A stretch of 63,437 bases of DNA, the filler included, from Ministeria vibrans ATCC 50519 (Eukaryota; Protista; Filasterea): assembly GCA_943704425.1 (NCBI GenBank). It is 4 parts of 4 records of this genome, joined end to end, with 100 filler letters (N's around TTAATTAATTAA, not from the genome) between each part and the next. Parts side by side here need not be neighbours in the genome. Positions count along the whole stretch, not along the records: positions 1 to 28,057 come from CALSCP010002779.1; 3 more parts are not named here. The stretch is one strand, 5' to 3'. The notes beneath the pieces were generated by a model. It was not told the DNA's origin and ran no database searches. It saw only the letters and a program-made list of their open reading frames with translations. Position 1 is the first letter of the stretch; each line of letters opens with the position of its first letter. The translations under genes and the position numbers were made by a program. Positions 1 to 12,700 of the stretch are shown one piece after another.

Positions 1-189
1 AAAAAAAAAAAAAAAAAAAAAAAAGGCACGTTCAGAGAGGAAACAGCGACACGCTTTGATATTGGCGGAGATTGAAGAATAATAGTTGGTTAATGGGCTG
101 GTTGGCGTGATTCGGGGCGCGAGGGTATAGTTTGGGCTTTTTTTTTTGGGTAATACTATTCTAATTACAATAATTCGGTGTTTGCTTAC

Positions 190-402
190 CGAAATTACGT
201 CGGATTTCATGGAAACGAAGCCGTTGGTGCGGGGATCGTCGGGGCTGGGACCATTGGGGACAAAGCTGTAGACGCTGTTGGCAATGGTGTGGTTCACAAG
301 CACGCGGCGGGCGCAGGGGAGCGACCGGGCGTCAACGAGGGCGACGTTGAGCAGCAGGAGCAACGCGATTGCCAGCGCACACGCGAGTCTTGTACGATCC
401 AT
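190..402 (-). CDS. First exon of a putative secreted protein (3' part unresolved, runs toward the window edge)
   Basis: ATG at 402 gives MDRTRLACALAIALLLLLNVALVDARS... (signal-peptide-like). The frame is open for 71 codons up to a GTAAG donor at 189. Confidence 0.6.
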
Positions 403-739
403 TTCCACTGTCGTACACTTTGAGGAAGGGTGCTTTGGGAGTGCGTTGTTTCGTATTTGTTGTTTTTTTTTTGTTTTTTTTGGTAAACGTAGTGTTAAAA
501 ATGGAAAAAAAATTGAAAAAAGATGATTAGCATCCGATTAGCAAACGTTTCACAACGATCAAAATTCCCAACACCATTGAGCCTGCCAATTTAAGAATAA
601 AGGAAACAAGACGACCAATTTCTTATCTCGCCTGTCTAGGCTGGGGAGACCAATAATCGAGCCGTGGGGGTTAGGGGTTGTTTTTTTTGTTAGTCCTCCT
701 TGACAAAATTCGGCAAAAAAAAAAGAAACGATGTTTATT

Positions 740-1913
740 TTACAATAAGAGAGTGGCATGGGCGGCGTCACGCAGGTCGTCGATGATGCGACGACGCTGG
801 GAGCCAATTTGGCGGGCAAGATCGCGTTGTTCGAGGAGAGGCAAGTGTAGGTAGCGCGCAAGGAGGTCGCCGTCGACGATGTTCTTCTCGCGGTTGACAT
901 GCGGGTAAGGGTCGCGCGCAAGACGATAGGACTTTGGGTTCAGGCCGGCGCGGTGAGGCAAGAGCACGGTGAGCTTGGCGTGGAGCATCTGCAGACGACG
1001 GTAGGTGCTCTCGGGGAGCGGCAGGAGCGAGCAGACGCCACCGTCGAGGGTGCCCAGGACCGAGACAAAGCGCGACGACCGTTGTGGCACTGCACCACGA
1101 TAGGCTAGCACGGGGGCACAACGCAGACGCAAAATGGTGTTGACGTGCGCCCCAATGTGGATGTCGCCGACACGGATGAGCTTTTGACCGCCCATCGAAT
1201 CAGCATCTAAATGACGAGAGAAAAGACAAGGAGTTCAGTGATCGAGTGCGATTATTGTAGTGTGTACGATGGCGGTCGTAGTGAAAGATGACAGCGTTTT
1301 TGTTCTCGTCGGTGGCAAGGAAGGCCAACTGGTCGTCGTTGACCATAAACTCCACAGCATACGTGACCATGTGGTTGAAGTCGCGGCCAATGAAGGCAAG
1401 CGTGCGCCCGCGCTCGTTGTACATGACAAGGGTGATGCTGCTGTGCGAGTCGGCAAGTATGATGAACCGCTTAAGCGACACAATGCGGTGGATATACGCC
1501 TGTGTGTCGAGAAATGCCATGCCTTCGATGTCTTCGTTGTCCTCTGCCAGACGCCATACCATCGCCTGGGAGACACAGTGATGAATAACGTGCGTGTGTA
1601 TGTGTGTGTATGTGGGTGAGTGAGTGAGTGAGTGTGAGTCAGTCGGGGCCGTGAGAATAGTCGTATGTCTCTTACGCGTTGCCCATTGGCGGCAGTCACA
1701 AGATAGCCATTGCAGCTGTTGATGGCCGTGACGGGGAAGGTCTGGTCGCGCTTGACAAACTCGCGACGCACCAACAGCCGCAGTTTGCTGTCGGTCAACG
1801 AGTTGTCTGCCTCAGCCACAACAGAATTCACCCCAAACACATAAATCTACAAAAAGAGCGACATAGAAAAAAGGGAGAGAGAGAGAGTTAGTGAGCTATG
1901 TAAAAAAAACAGA

Positions 1914-1947
<34 letters not shown>

Positions 1948-4900
1948 ATACAAATCCCTCTACGGTAACTTCTTCGCCGTAATTGGATGATGTCGCAACA
2001 GCAACAAACTCTTTGAAGCCCGAGACAGTCTCTTCGCTCAACAGATTCACCACTTTCGCTGACGTCACAAATTCGTGTGCAGGAAACTCGTAACTAGATA
2101 AAAAAACAGAGACAAACGAGATGAGTTGATATTTTTGTTATTATGATTAGCTCGTCTTACTTGTGAATGGTGCTCCAGTTTTTGGGAGTGACCAGCTCAA
2201 GCTGGAACTTGTCTTCAGTGGGAAACATCAAACGTGGTTCTATATAGTTATATATATACAACACACACATGATACAATAATTAAAAAAATATCATTATTA
2301 TTGTCAATTGAAGGATATGGAGGTTTCTGTACCGGCGGAAATGGGTTCTTCCTCCCATTCTTCGTCGTTTGACGGACGCGCTTGCATCTGTGTCTCCACA
2401 GCCTGCACAGTGATGAGTGCATATTTCTTGCTGGAGAGATGATAGTCGATGGAGACGGGTGTGCGACGGAGATTGACTTTGCGCGTGGGCCACTCGTGGT
2501 TGAGTGCGTTGTGGCTGGGCAGCATGGCAAAGTTGAGCGCACCTTGGCGCGTGAGAAAAACAAATCCGTGCGGGCAATTGGCATGATTGAACGCCGCTGC
2601 GGCCACCGCACCACCCTCGGGTGCCTGGAAGGGATGCAGACGCACATGTTTGCTGCGTGGCACCACAATCATCAATGGTTGGTCTTCGTCACACAGGAAC
2701 ACGCCGCTGTAGCCATTGATATCCGTGAAGGTACGCAGTTGTCGTCGATGTCGCACATTAAGAGTGTCTCCCTCGCCTCCCGTCTCCATCATGCTCGGCG
2801 CATCGCGTTCCCCCTCCGTTGCCTCACCCGCACCCTCACTGTGGCTGTCGCGCGTCTCTCTTCGGTGCAGCACTACATCATGCTCAATCTTGAAAAACGC
2901 CACAGCAAGCCGCGAGTCGTCGAGTACCGCACCAATGGCGGGTGCGGTTTGTCCTGTCGCTGTCACCGTTGCTGCCGAAGAGGATGAAGGTCCATTGCCA
3001 CTGTTGGCAGATGATCCGTTCTGGACGCGTGACCACACAAACGCCTCGTACATGACCAAGTCGCCAGAGGCAAGCAAGACCAGGAGAATCGGGCGTCGTC
3101 CGTCACTATGAGGTGCCACCAACAGTGTCTCTGCCACCTGCTCTTCGTCACCGCGCGGTCCACTCGTGCTCACTCCTCCCGTGTCATTCAACACCATGGC
3201 TCCACCTTCGGTGTGACCCACGCTAAAAACTCGCTCCAGCGCAGGCAGTGAAAAGATCTCAAAGGCGCCATTCTCACGGCACATCTGAAGCCAGTAGGTG
3301 GGCTCGCCTAGAACAAGGAAAAAAAAAAAAAAACGCATTAAGAAATATGTTGCCTTTTTCCTTTTCGTTCAGTGTATACCAGTGTTCAGCAACGCTCCAT
3401 CAACATCAGCTGCGTCGTCATCGTCGCCCGATGTGTCGGCACCATCGCCAACCGGCTCCGACAGCCCATAGAGGGCTGCATCATCATCGTCAAGGTCCAT
3501 AGCGACACTCAGCCCGAGTCCCATACTGGCTCGCTCGCGATTGCGCGCATCTCGCGCCTCCGTTTGCGCGCGCACTGCTGCCTCACTGACAAATAGGCCA
3601 CTGCGATCACAGTACACATTCGCAGATATGACAGACCCACCACCCTGCACAGAAAAAAAAACCCCCCCAATACGCTCAAAACAGCACATCACCACAATAA
3701 TTATTATAGTGCTCACCTGGTCGAAGGGCATGACATGGAACCGCGCACGACTGTTTGTCATCTCTACAACAATGACACGCACCCGGCCGTTCTGCATGCG
3801 CACCACAAGGTAAGGGTCAATGGCATGACAGTCCACTATCACATCGCCTTCGGCCATTTGCGGCAAAGACTGCACTTCTTTGCCTGACAAGTACAATATA
3901 GTTTAGATACAATCACAATAACTTCACGTGTTAATTTTTTTGATATGTGCTCCGTACTTCCTTTAAAGAGGTAGAGCCCACGAGGACACACCTGGACAAC
4001 ATAGCGGTTTGAAAGAACATTGGTGACGAGCACGGTGGGCACAGTGACGTAAAATGGGGACTTGGTGACCACTTGGACGGCATCGTTGTCGCTGCGCAGG
4101 ACGAGGGTGCGCTGACGGCCCGAGAGCACCAACAGGCCCTGTTGAGTGCTGCGGTCTCCTTCGTACACGGCCCACAGGTTGGTGTAGTCTTCCATGTGGA
4201 AGGTGCCCACAATGGACGGGAGCACACTGCGTCGCACAATCGAGAGTGCGCCATTCTTGCCGTGGCCACTGCCGCAAACGTACTCGAGGACGGGCCGCCC
4301 GTCGACGGGACGCAGTGCGTCGTGCACGTCAATCACCTCGCCTACGCTCATCCACGCAATAGGCCCAATGTTGATCATGGAGTCCAGATAGCGCAGCTTG
4401 TACGAGGCCCAGCCTTGCTGGAGGACACTCGAAGTGGTTGCGAAAATAGTGTCAAGGTCGTCAAAATCGTCGGCCTGTTCCGTCTGTGCTGCCCCGGCGC
4501 CATCCGTCCCTGGTAGCGCCTCGACACCTTCCTCCAGTGCTGCTGTGGTGGTTGTCTTAGCATAGCTGAAAAGGAGCGAGTCGCCAAGACGCGAGCCAAG
4601 GAAGATGAAGCGGTCGCGAACGGTGCAGACGCACGAAGGGAGCACGGAGGTGCCTGGTTTGTCCATGGCAAAGCGATTGACGGTGGTTCCGTCCGAAATG
4701 AGAGTGACCACGTAGAGTTCACCGGAGCGCAGTGCAAAGAGGATCTGATCGGGGGCAATGAGGGTGTAGTAGGGGGCGTCGAAGCAGGCGACGACATCCT
4801 CCTGCGGTGTCATGGGGAAGTCGGTGGTGACAGTGGCAAAGGCATTGAGAGAGGCAGCATAGCCGGTCACGCTCTGGTTGAGGTAAATGAGTTCGTTGCA

Positions 4901-5639
4901 CGCGACAAAGACAAGGCCGCCGAGGGGGCGTGGAATGGGGATGAGGGCAACGGGATCGTAAGGGAGCGACGTGAGAGTCCAAATGACGGCGGCACGCTGG
5001 CGCACGACATCCAGCGAGACGGCCACAAGGGAGCAAGTGTCTTTGCGCATGGCAAGGCGACCTGTCCACGTTGGCTCTGGCTCGTACACAATCACGAGGG
5101 TGGGCTCGCTGAAGCCGTGCAGGAAGGCCACCGAGCGTATGTTGCGCAAGTTGGTGTCGATTTCATCAAGTTTAAGAATGTACGAGGCAAGCAGTTGACG
5201 ACGCTTCGGCATGGACGCGGCTGTTGCGGTGGTGTTGGTGGTGACGGACACAGGTGCTGCTGCAGATGCGACTGAGGACGAGGAAGTTCCTTCGTGTGAA
5301 AATGGCAAGACGACCAGTTGTCGCGCGTAAACGAGCGCCACAGCACAGCGCATGCCGGGATCGACAAAGATCTGCGGGGGCAAGGCAGGCCCAGCATAGC
5401 TGGCACGGATGTCGGGACCCTCGAGGAAGTGAAGGCTCTTGGTTTTGAGATCGCGACGTTGCGGATCGTAGTCGACAATGGAGATGCACGCGTCGGGAAA
5501 GGCAAGGATCAGCGAGTCTCGCGCGTTGCCGGTCAGCCGCGCCACGGCAATGTCCATGATGTTGCCAAACAGCGAGAAGCTGTTGAGCAGCTCAAGGAAG
5601 CCGTCGGTGCGATTGCCTGAAATGCCCAAAAGAACAACA

Positions 5640-5679
<40 letters not shown>

Positions 5680-5931
5680 GATTGGGTTCGAATGTGATCG
5701 CTTACCAACGACATTGTACACTTCAAGCACATTGGCCTTGACCACGATGAGGTTGCGAGCCTGTGGGTGGGTGAACACTGCTTCGCAACAGATCTCAACG
5801 CCTACACGAAGCGCAGCAAGAGAGAGAGAGAGACAGACAGAGAGGTGAGAGGTGAGAGAGAGAGTGGGAAGAATATGCGACAGATCATTTTCACCTGTTG
5901 GCTTGTGACCCGTTCGGAAGAGCGAGAACAT
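740..5931 (-). CDS. CPSF1: Cleavage and polyadenylation specificity factor subunit 1 (CPSF160), multi-exon
   Basis: N-terminus MFSLFRTGHKPT|GVEICCEAVF..RNLIVV; SFSLFGNIMDI..RDSLILAF; GSRLGDSLL; GHGKNGALSI; C-terminus PESTYRRLQML..HRAGLNPKSYR..IVDGDLL. All match CPSF1, with GT-AG introns between exons. Confidence 0.95.
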
Positions 5932-6368
5932 CACGAGTCCAAATCACAGTAACCACCACGCAAAAGCAAGGGTGATGAGGCGGAGCGGAAATAAAAGTGA
6001 GTGACTGTGAGTCGAATGACTCGAATCGAAACTCGAAACTCGAAAGCAAATGAAAATAAATAGTTTAGGATTTATTATTGAGCTCTCTTCTTTCTTGAAG
6101 TTCTTTTTATCTTTTCACTTTGTTTATCCCTAATTCCCATTTTCTGTGAATTATTATTATAAACATTATTAATTTCTTTGATAATAAAATATTTGTGTGA
6201 AGCAAGGAGAGAAATAATACAACAATAATACAACGCTTCCGCTAATATGTCGCTATCGACTATATGATGGAGCGCGCATAGGCTCACACAAAGAATACAA
6301 AGATAGGCGCGAACATACAACCCATTTATAAGAATTTTCATGATGCGAGTTGTGGATGTATTTCACAA

Positions 6369-8539
6369 TTAGACGGGTTTCTCAAGGAGAAAGGAGAGGG
6401 ACCTTGAGCTGGTGGCGGCAGCGGACGAAGGGGTTGCGGGCGAGAGAATGCCGCACGAACAAGTGCCCATTCGTTGAGTGAGTGCCTGAAGAATTTCCAA
6501 GAGCAATTCCTTCTTCAACTATGCATTTGCGAGTGTAAGTTTGAGGGTGTGCGTGTCACTCTGAGTCTCTTTGTACCAATTGGAGTTGTTCCATCGGGGC
6601 GCACATGAGAAAGTTGTCCATGATCATGTCGAGTGCGTGTTGCTTGAGATCGTGTGCGTGGACACAGTGCGCCGCCTCAAAAATCTGCGGGAAGAGACAG
6701 AGTTGAGTGAGTTGGGGATTAGGGATTCTGAGTGTGAGTGCGTTCGAGTCAACGTGATACCTGAAGGATACAGACATGGGAGGTGTCTTCTTCAAGGCTC
6801 TGCTTACACAAGACCTAAGTATACGATATAAGAGTCAGAATGAGAATCAGCATGAGAAAGTGATGAAGAGGAAAGAAACAAATAGAGTAAGACCTGCAAC
6901 CGGGCATTGGGAAAGGCTAAGTAGTCGTGTGCGACAAAGAGATAGACGGCATCAGCTGGACCCACACGTACTGTGTCAGTATACAGATACTCCACAAGTG
7001 CACGGGCAGCCCGGGGGGATGGAACCACATCGCCAATGGTGATCTATACGAAAAATTAATCAGCCGTGTGTGAACAGTGCAATCAAACCAGAGACTGTGT
7101 GCGTGCTTAGTGCTTGGTGCTTAGTGAGTGAGTGAGGGAGTGAGTGAGTGAGGGAGTGAGTGAGTGAGTAAGTGTGTGTGTGTGTGTGTGTGTGTCACTT
7201 GCGAGTCGTACTTCGCAACTGTTTTGACGACTGTCACTCATGTTCGATCGGAAGAAACCCGCATAGTACTCTGACCGCGCAATGAGAATCGGCTACACAA
7301 ATAAACATAAAGAAATGACCATTCAATTGATAATTCAAAGACACAAACAAACAGACTGACCTTATGTACACTCAACTTCTCTCCATTGCACGTGAGAGTG
7401 AAATCCGCCAAACGAACGCCCACGTCACTGATGAGAAACGCACCAAGATCCGCCGCAAGAGTGCTTGTCCACTCGCCCAGTGCGGCAATCCACTGTGTTT
7501 CGCGCGAGGGGTCTTGCTGTTCACGCACCAGTTCGACTATGAGCGCCTTGTCGAGCAGCTGGAATTCCGGCTGTTGGATTATAGCACGGTAAACGGCACC
7601 CTGAACCGCAAACGACAAGCTATGAATTGTGGTGTGTCAACTTTATTCACACACACACACACTCTCTCTCTCTCTCTCTCTCTTCTCCTAAATCAATACA
7701 GCAGTCTGTTGCTTACCAAAAGCCTTTGAGGTGGTCCAGAGCAAGGCGCGACACCGCCTGAAGTACACGCACAATGTTGTCCTCGGAGATAGATGTGACC
7801 ACCCACTGTTCACACCGCCGCTCAAGGGCACTCATCTCGAGGTCCCTATTCGTTGGTTAAAATAAGAAAGAGAGGAGAGAAAGTTTGAGAGAGTTTGAGA
7901 GAGTTTGAGAGAAACAGAAGGGAGAAACAAAGAGAGTGTAAGAAACAAAGAGATGCAGAAAGTAAGAAACAAAGTGAGAGAGAACGGAGAGGATTTCTAC
8001 TTTGCAAGAGCACAGACGACGGAGATGAATTCCAGTTGGACACAAGACTGATCGACAGCGGAAAGATCGGTGGGTGTGGGTGCAGGAGGAGTGGAGGGAG
8101 TAGAGGCGGGAGAAAAAGAAGAAATAGAGGAATCTGCAGGAAGGTGGCGACGGGGCGGACCGGGCGAGGTAGTCATGGTGGCACTATTGCTGTTGTTGAG
8201 GCTGAGGGTGGTGGCGGTGCGGGTGGGACGGGCCTCCTGGTCAAGTTCGTCGGTGTACATAAAGTGGATGGCGGTGCGGAAGGCACGCAGGTCGCTGATG
8301 GTGTCCAAGACGACCTCGAGAGGACAAGTTTTCGTCTCTTGTTGTCTGTCGAGAGCAGCGCAGATGTGACGAGAGAGAGCGGGAGAGCGTGCAGCAACAA
8401 TGCTCCGATGAGCAGAGACACGCGCGTTGGCCAACGGGAGCACAAACTCCACGTCAAAGGCAATGCCATTGCTCAGTGCCCGTTCCAGGTCACGCGAAAG
8501 TGTCGGCTAAAGTTAAAGCGTGTGTATGAGTGACTATAC

Positions 8540-8596
<57 letters not shown>

Positions 8597-8989
8597 GTCA
8601 CGATGGAAACAAAAAGAGCTCACCTGAGGAATGGGAGTGAACGTGAAGGAGAAGAGCTCACTACTCTTCATCATATGGTAGAATGAAATGGTTCCTCCAA
8701 AGATGTATAGGACATCGTCGATCATATCGCAAGCGTGAAAGCAGCGGCCGCGTGGACGAGGACCGTCCGGGTGTGGCTGAACAACCTATGTTGTGGTGAC
8801 AGTGAGCGGGGAACACACTAGCTTTCAATTCTCCCTCTCAGCTCTTACTTCCCAGGTGCTAGAGTGGAGATGAAATGCATAGAGATCGTTTGGAAGTGTG
8901 TTGTCGGCGGAGCCACCAAAAACGTAGAGGGAGCCTGCAGAGTGTGCCATGGTGTGGCCAAAGCGGCGCGGAGGAGACAGACTCGCTCC
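6369..8989 (-). CDS. LZTR1: LZTR1, 3' half (last Kelch repeats plus two BTB-BACK modules), multi-exon
   Basis: PPRRFGHTMAH..LYVFGGSADNTLPNDL; GRCFHAC..LYIFGGT; DVEFVL..AHRSIVAARS; second BTB (LSVHK, VPSPRAARALVEYLY); C-terminus ELLLEILQAL; stop at 6369-6371. Confidence 0.9.
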
Positions 8990-9091
8990 CTGATTGACAC
9001 GATGAGCATTCACACAGAAGTTGTATAAGCGGGATCTGCGGCCCTCTCTATCACTTTGTCTCTCTCTCTATCACTTTGTTTCTTTCTCCCC

Positions 9092-9094
<3 letters not shown>

Positions 9095-9160
<66 letters not shown>
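9095..9160. repeat. (CT)n microsatellite at the left LZTR1/ankyrin junction
   Basis: Pure CT run flanked by CTCTATCACTTTGT motifs. Confidence 0.9.
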
Positions 9161-9163
<3 letters not shown>

Positions 9164-9278
9164 CTTCCTCTCTCTCTCTATCACTTTGTTCTTTCTTTCT
9201 CTGTCACTTTCACTTTTTTCTTTCTCTCTCCTTTCTCTCTCTCCTCCGTACTATACTCATTTTAACACTTTGGTGTAG

Positions 9279-9607
9279 CGAACCACACACCACTTCACTC
9301 GGCGGCCTACCTCGGGCACGCGACGGTCTGCAGGAAACTCGTTGAGGCGGGCGCCAACGTGAATGCACAAGCAAAACGCGGCTCGACGCCTCTGTACGCG
9401 GCGTGCGTGACAGGCCACGAGGACATTGTGCGTTTTCTCTTGCACCATGGCGCAGACAAGTCATTGAAAAACGTTGACGGGAAGACACCCTACTTTGCGG
9501 CAGTCGAAGGCGGCCACACGGCCATTGTGGCAATGCTTAGCGAGTCTGATCCGGCAACAGTCACTGCTGTACACTCTGTCACGGGCGTTGCAGTCTCTCT
9601 TATGTAG
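9279..9607 (+). CDS. Terminal exon of an ankyrin-repeat protein (5' exons absent)
   Basis: TAG acceptor at 9278, then NHTPLHSAAYLGH..GANVN..GSTPLYAAC..GH..GADKSLKNVDGKTPYFAA (three ankyrin repeats); stop at 9607. Confidence 0.85.
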
Positions 9608-9713
9608 TGGAATGAATATTCTCTCTGTGGATCGGAGGGGAGGGGGGCTGTCTTTTGTTTTATTTAATTATGTTTCAGTGTTTGCAATCGAGGATTTAAC
9701 CTTTTTGTTTACG

Positions 9714-12700
9714 TTACAGAATGCGTGTGAGACACTCACGCGTGAGAACTGTCTCGCTCTGGCGAGTCGGTGGGAACAGTAGAGCAATGGAGGGTGTTTC
9801 TGCGTGTGCCAGAGCAGTCAAATGCGCAATGGAGTGCACTGCGTCATCCTTGTCGTTGTGCGTAGCCCACTTAAGCACAGTGTCTCGTGCGCCGGTGCTC
9901 AGCCATTGCGCAAACACAGTGCGGCTCACACCCGGGTACACTGCCAAAGCACGTCGCAGCACCGTCTCCACTGCAACCGCACGATCCGCAACACCCACAC
10001 TTTCAGAAGCAGCAGCAGAAGCCACAAGCGCACACACAGCACCGCTCACCTGCTCGTCTTCGTCCTGGCACAGACGCACCAGCGCACTCACAAGTAGCAG
10101 TGACATGGTGGCACCCTTATCTGTCCTGGACTGGAACACCTTCTCGTAGCCATACTCACGCAGCGCACACACTGCTGCGTCGCGCGCATCACAGTTCTCA
10201 ACGGCCATCGACCACTCGGCAAGGGCGCAAGCCCACGTCACACACACCTCTCCGGGTGCCAACAACGCACCAACGAGACTCGCAAGCGACAGACGCGCCG
10301 CAGACGCCCCGCGTGACATCTCCAGAGCAGACCAGGCACGCAGTGCGCTGCGATGGACCGTGTCACGGTGGGGACACTGACGAGAGCGCGTCAGGCGTAC
10401 GAGCACAGAGGTGGCCGCTGCCACAAGACGGGGGTAGCGGAGCGCATCGGAGAGGGCATGCTGCGCAACGGCGTCCGCGAGAGACGACACGACGAGCGGA
10501 AGACAGCCGCGCATGGTCATTAGGTGAAAGAGACACTCTGCAACGAGCTCCTGACTGCCAGAGTCCAAGAGACAACGACACAGTGCGGCATTGAAGGGCG
10601 CAATGGCGGTCAGTGCAAGGGTACAGAGATGGGCGAGACAGCGCGACTCGCTCGGGTGTGTGTCGGTGAGGGATGCAGTCAGAGCCGAGTCCATGAGCAC
10701 ACGCTGGGCAAAGGGAACCACATGCTCGCGCGTCAGTTGCTTATCGTCGTGTAGGGTCACCACGTCAAGAAGGATATCCAGGATGGCGGGTGGGGGCGAC
10801 GCACTGAGGCAGGTAAGGAGCGCACTGGAGAGTTTCGACCGCAGCGACTCACTCAAGCGTGCTTCAGTTTTTTTGTTTCGCTTGAGAATCTCACGCAGTT
10901 GGAGCAGTATGCCATGTGTGGCATTGGTATTGTGTGACTCAACGAGTTGCGAGGCAAGCGCGTCAACAGAGTCGTGGTCAAAGGGCGCAAATGGCAGGGC
11001 AGTAAGAGCGCGAGCGGCAGCGACACGTGAGAAGTGACCCGACGAAGCAGCGACGCGCCGTTGCCAGTCACGCGCCTCACGACTCGCTGCGTTTGGCGTG
11101 CGGTGGCGACTGAAAGCACTCTCGGCACACGCGAGAAGAGCAATGGTGGTGGTTTCGGCAGTGACGGTGGCGGTCGTGGTGGACTCAGCTGGCAGTGTGA
11201 TGGCATCGGCAAGGCGTGCCACATGCACCAGCGGCGCCTTCTGGATGCGAGCAGCACACTGCGACAAGGTCATGTGTGCGGCATTTTGCAGTGGGAAGGA
11301 AGCGCCGATTGTGCGCGAACACGCCACACAGACGCGCACAAGATCGCTCAGTGCAAGCGACAGCGTTGACGTGGGACCCGTCACACTGTCGCGCACCAGA
11401 GCAAAGGCAACATAGAGCGCCGAGATGCAGTGCGACTCGTCGTCGAGCGACAGCGTGTCGGTCTGCAAACGCGCCACAGTACGCTCGCACACCCGAATAA
11501 TCACTGCAAGCGTCTCACCAATGACCTCGTTGAGCGTCGCCTCCTCATCGTCACTGTTGACACTACTACTGCCGCGCACCAGAACCATAATCATTTGCGA
11601 TAGACCCGCGCCGCGACGCGTCATCGAATCGGCACCTTCCACCAGCTGGCGTGCCTCAGCGTCCTCTGCGTCGCTCCGCTCGGCAAGTGTACCGTCAATG
11701 GAGGCAAGAAAGAGCGCCAACCAGCGGCGTGGACACGACGGAGCACAGTGCCAAAGTGCCTGACACACGGTCGCAAAGGCCTCGCTTGCCTTGGACAGGG
11801 CTCCCTTGTGCGCCACTTGCTTGAGCAGACGCATCAAGATGAGACCGGCACGGGAGAGACGCGCAGGTGAAACAATCTTGGACGAGGAGGAGGCGGCGGC
11901 GTCGGCAAGAAACGAACAGGCTTCGCACACCATGCGCCAGGCACACACGGCAAAGGTGGGTGCAACGGAGCCCTCGGGAGCGGGAGCACACACGTAGATG
12001 GCAGCAACGGCAAAGACGCGTTCGCTCCATTCGAACAGTTGAACCCAGTGTGTGTCATTGACATCCTCATTCTCATTCGTGAAGCTTGTGATGTGGCGCA
12101 GAGCACACAGCGGACCGTGAACGGGTGCGTGCAACGAGGCATCGGTGAGATTGCGCTCGGCGGTGCTTAGGTGATGTTCAAGTTGCGACACAACAAAGTC
12201 GCGCACTGTGAGTGCGCTAGAAGGATCTGCTGCGACACCGAGACGAAGAGCGGAGACGGCGGCGGTGCATCGAGGGCCACTGAGACTCGACAGGGCCACA
12301 GAGAGCGCCTGTTGATCCATGGCAGTGGGATGGAATGTGCGACACAAGTGAGAGGAGGCGCCACCGGACATGAGTGGCATGACCTGTAGGGCGATGGCAA
12401 CGGCCGCCTGTGCGACAGCGTCGGCGTCGTCGTCGACCACACAGTCGGCATGAAGAGCGCGCGTGCACCACACACAGACAGCCTCTTCGACGGATGTTCC
12501 ACAGAAGAGCAGCGGGTGAGCGCGCAAGAGAGCGTGTGCAAGTGACAAGCCAACGTGCACGTGTCGTCCGTGCATGTGTTCAGGATTGGTGAGGCGCTCA
12601 ACGAGTGCTGTGAGCGTTGAAGTGGGAATGAGAGGCGTGGGCAAACGGTCGACGAGCGCCTGAAGAGCTTCGTTGGCCGAGTGCGACAAAGCGACGTTGT

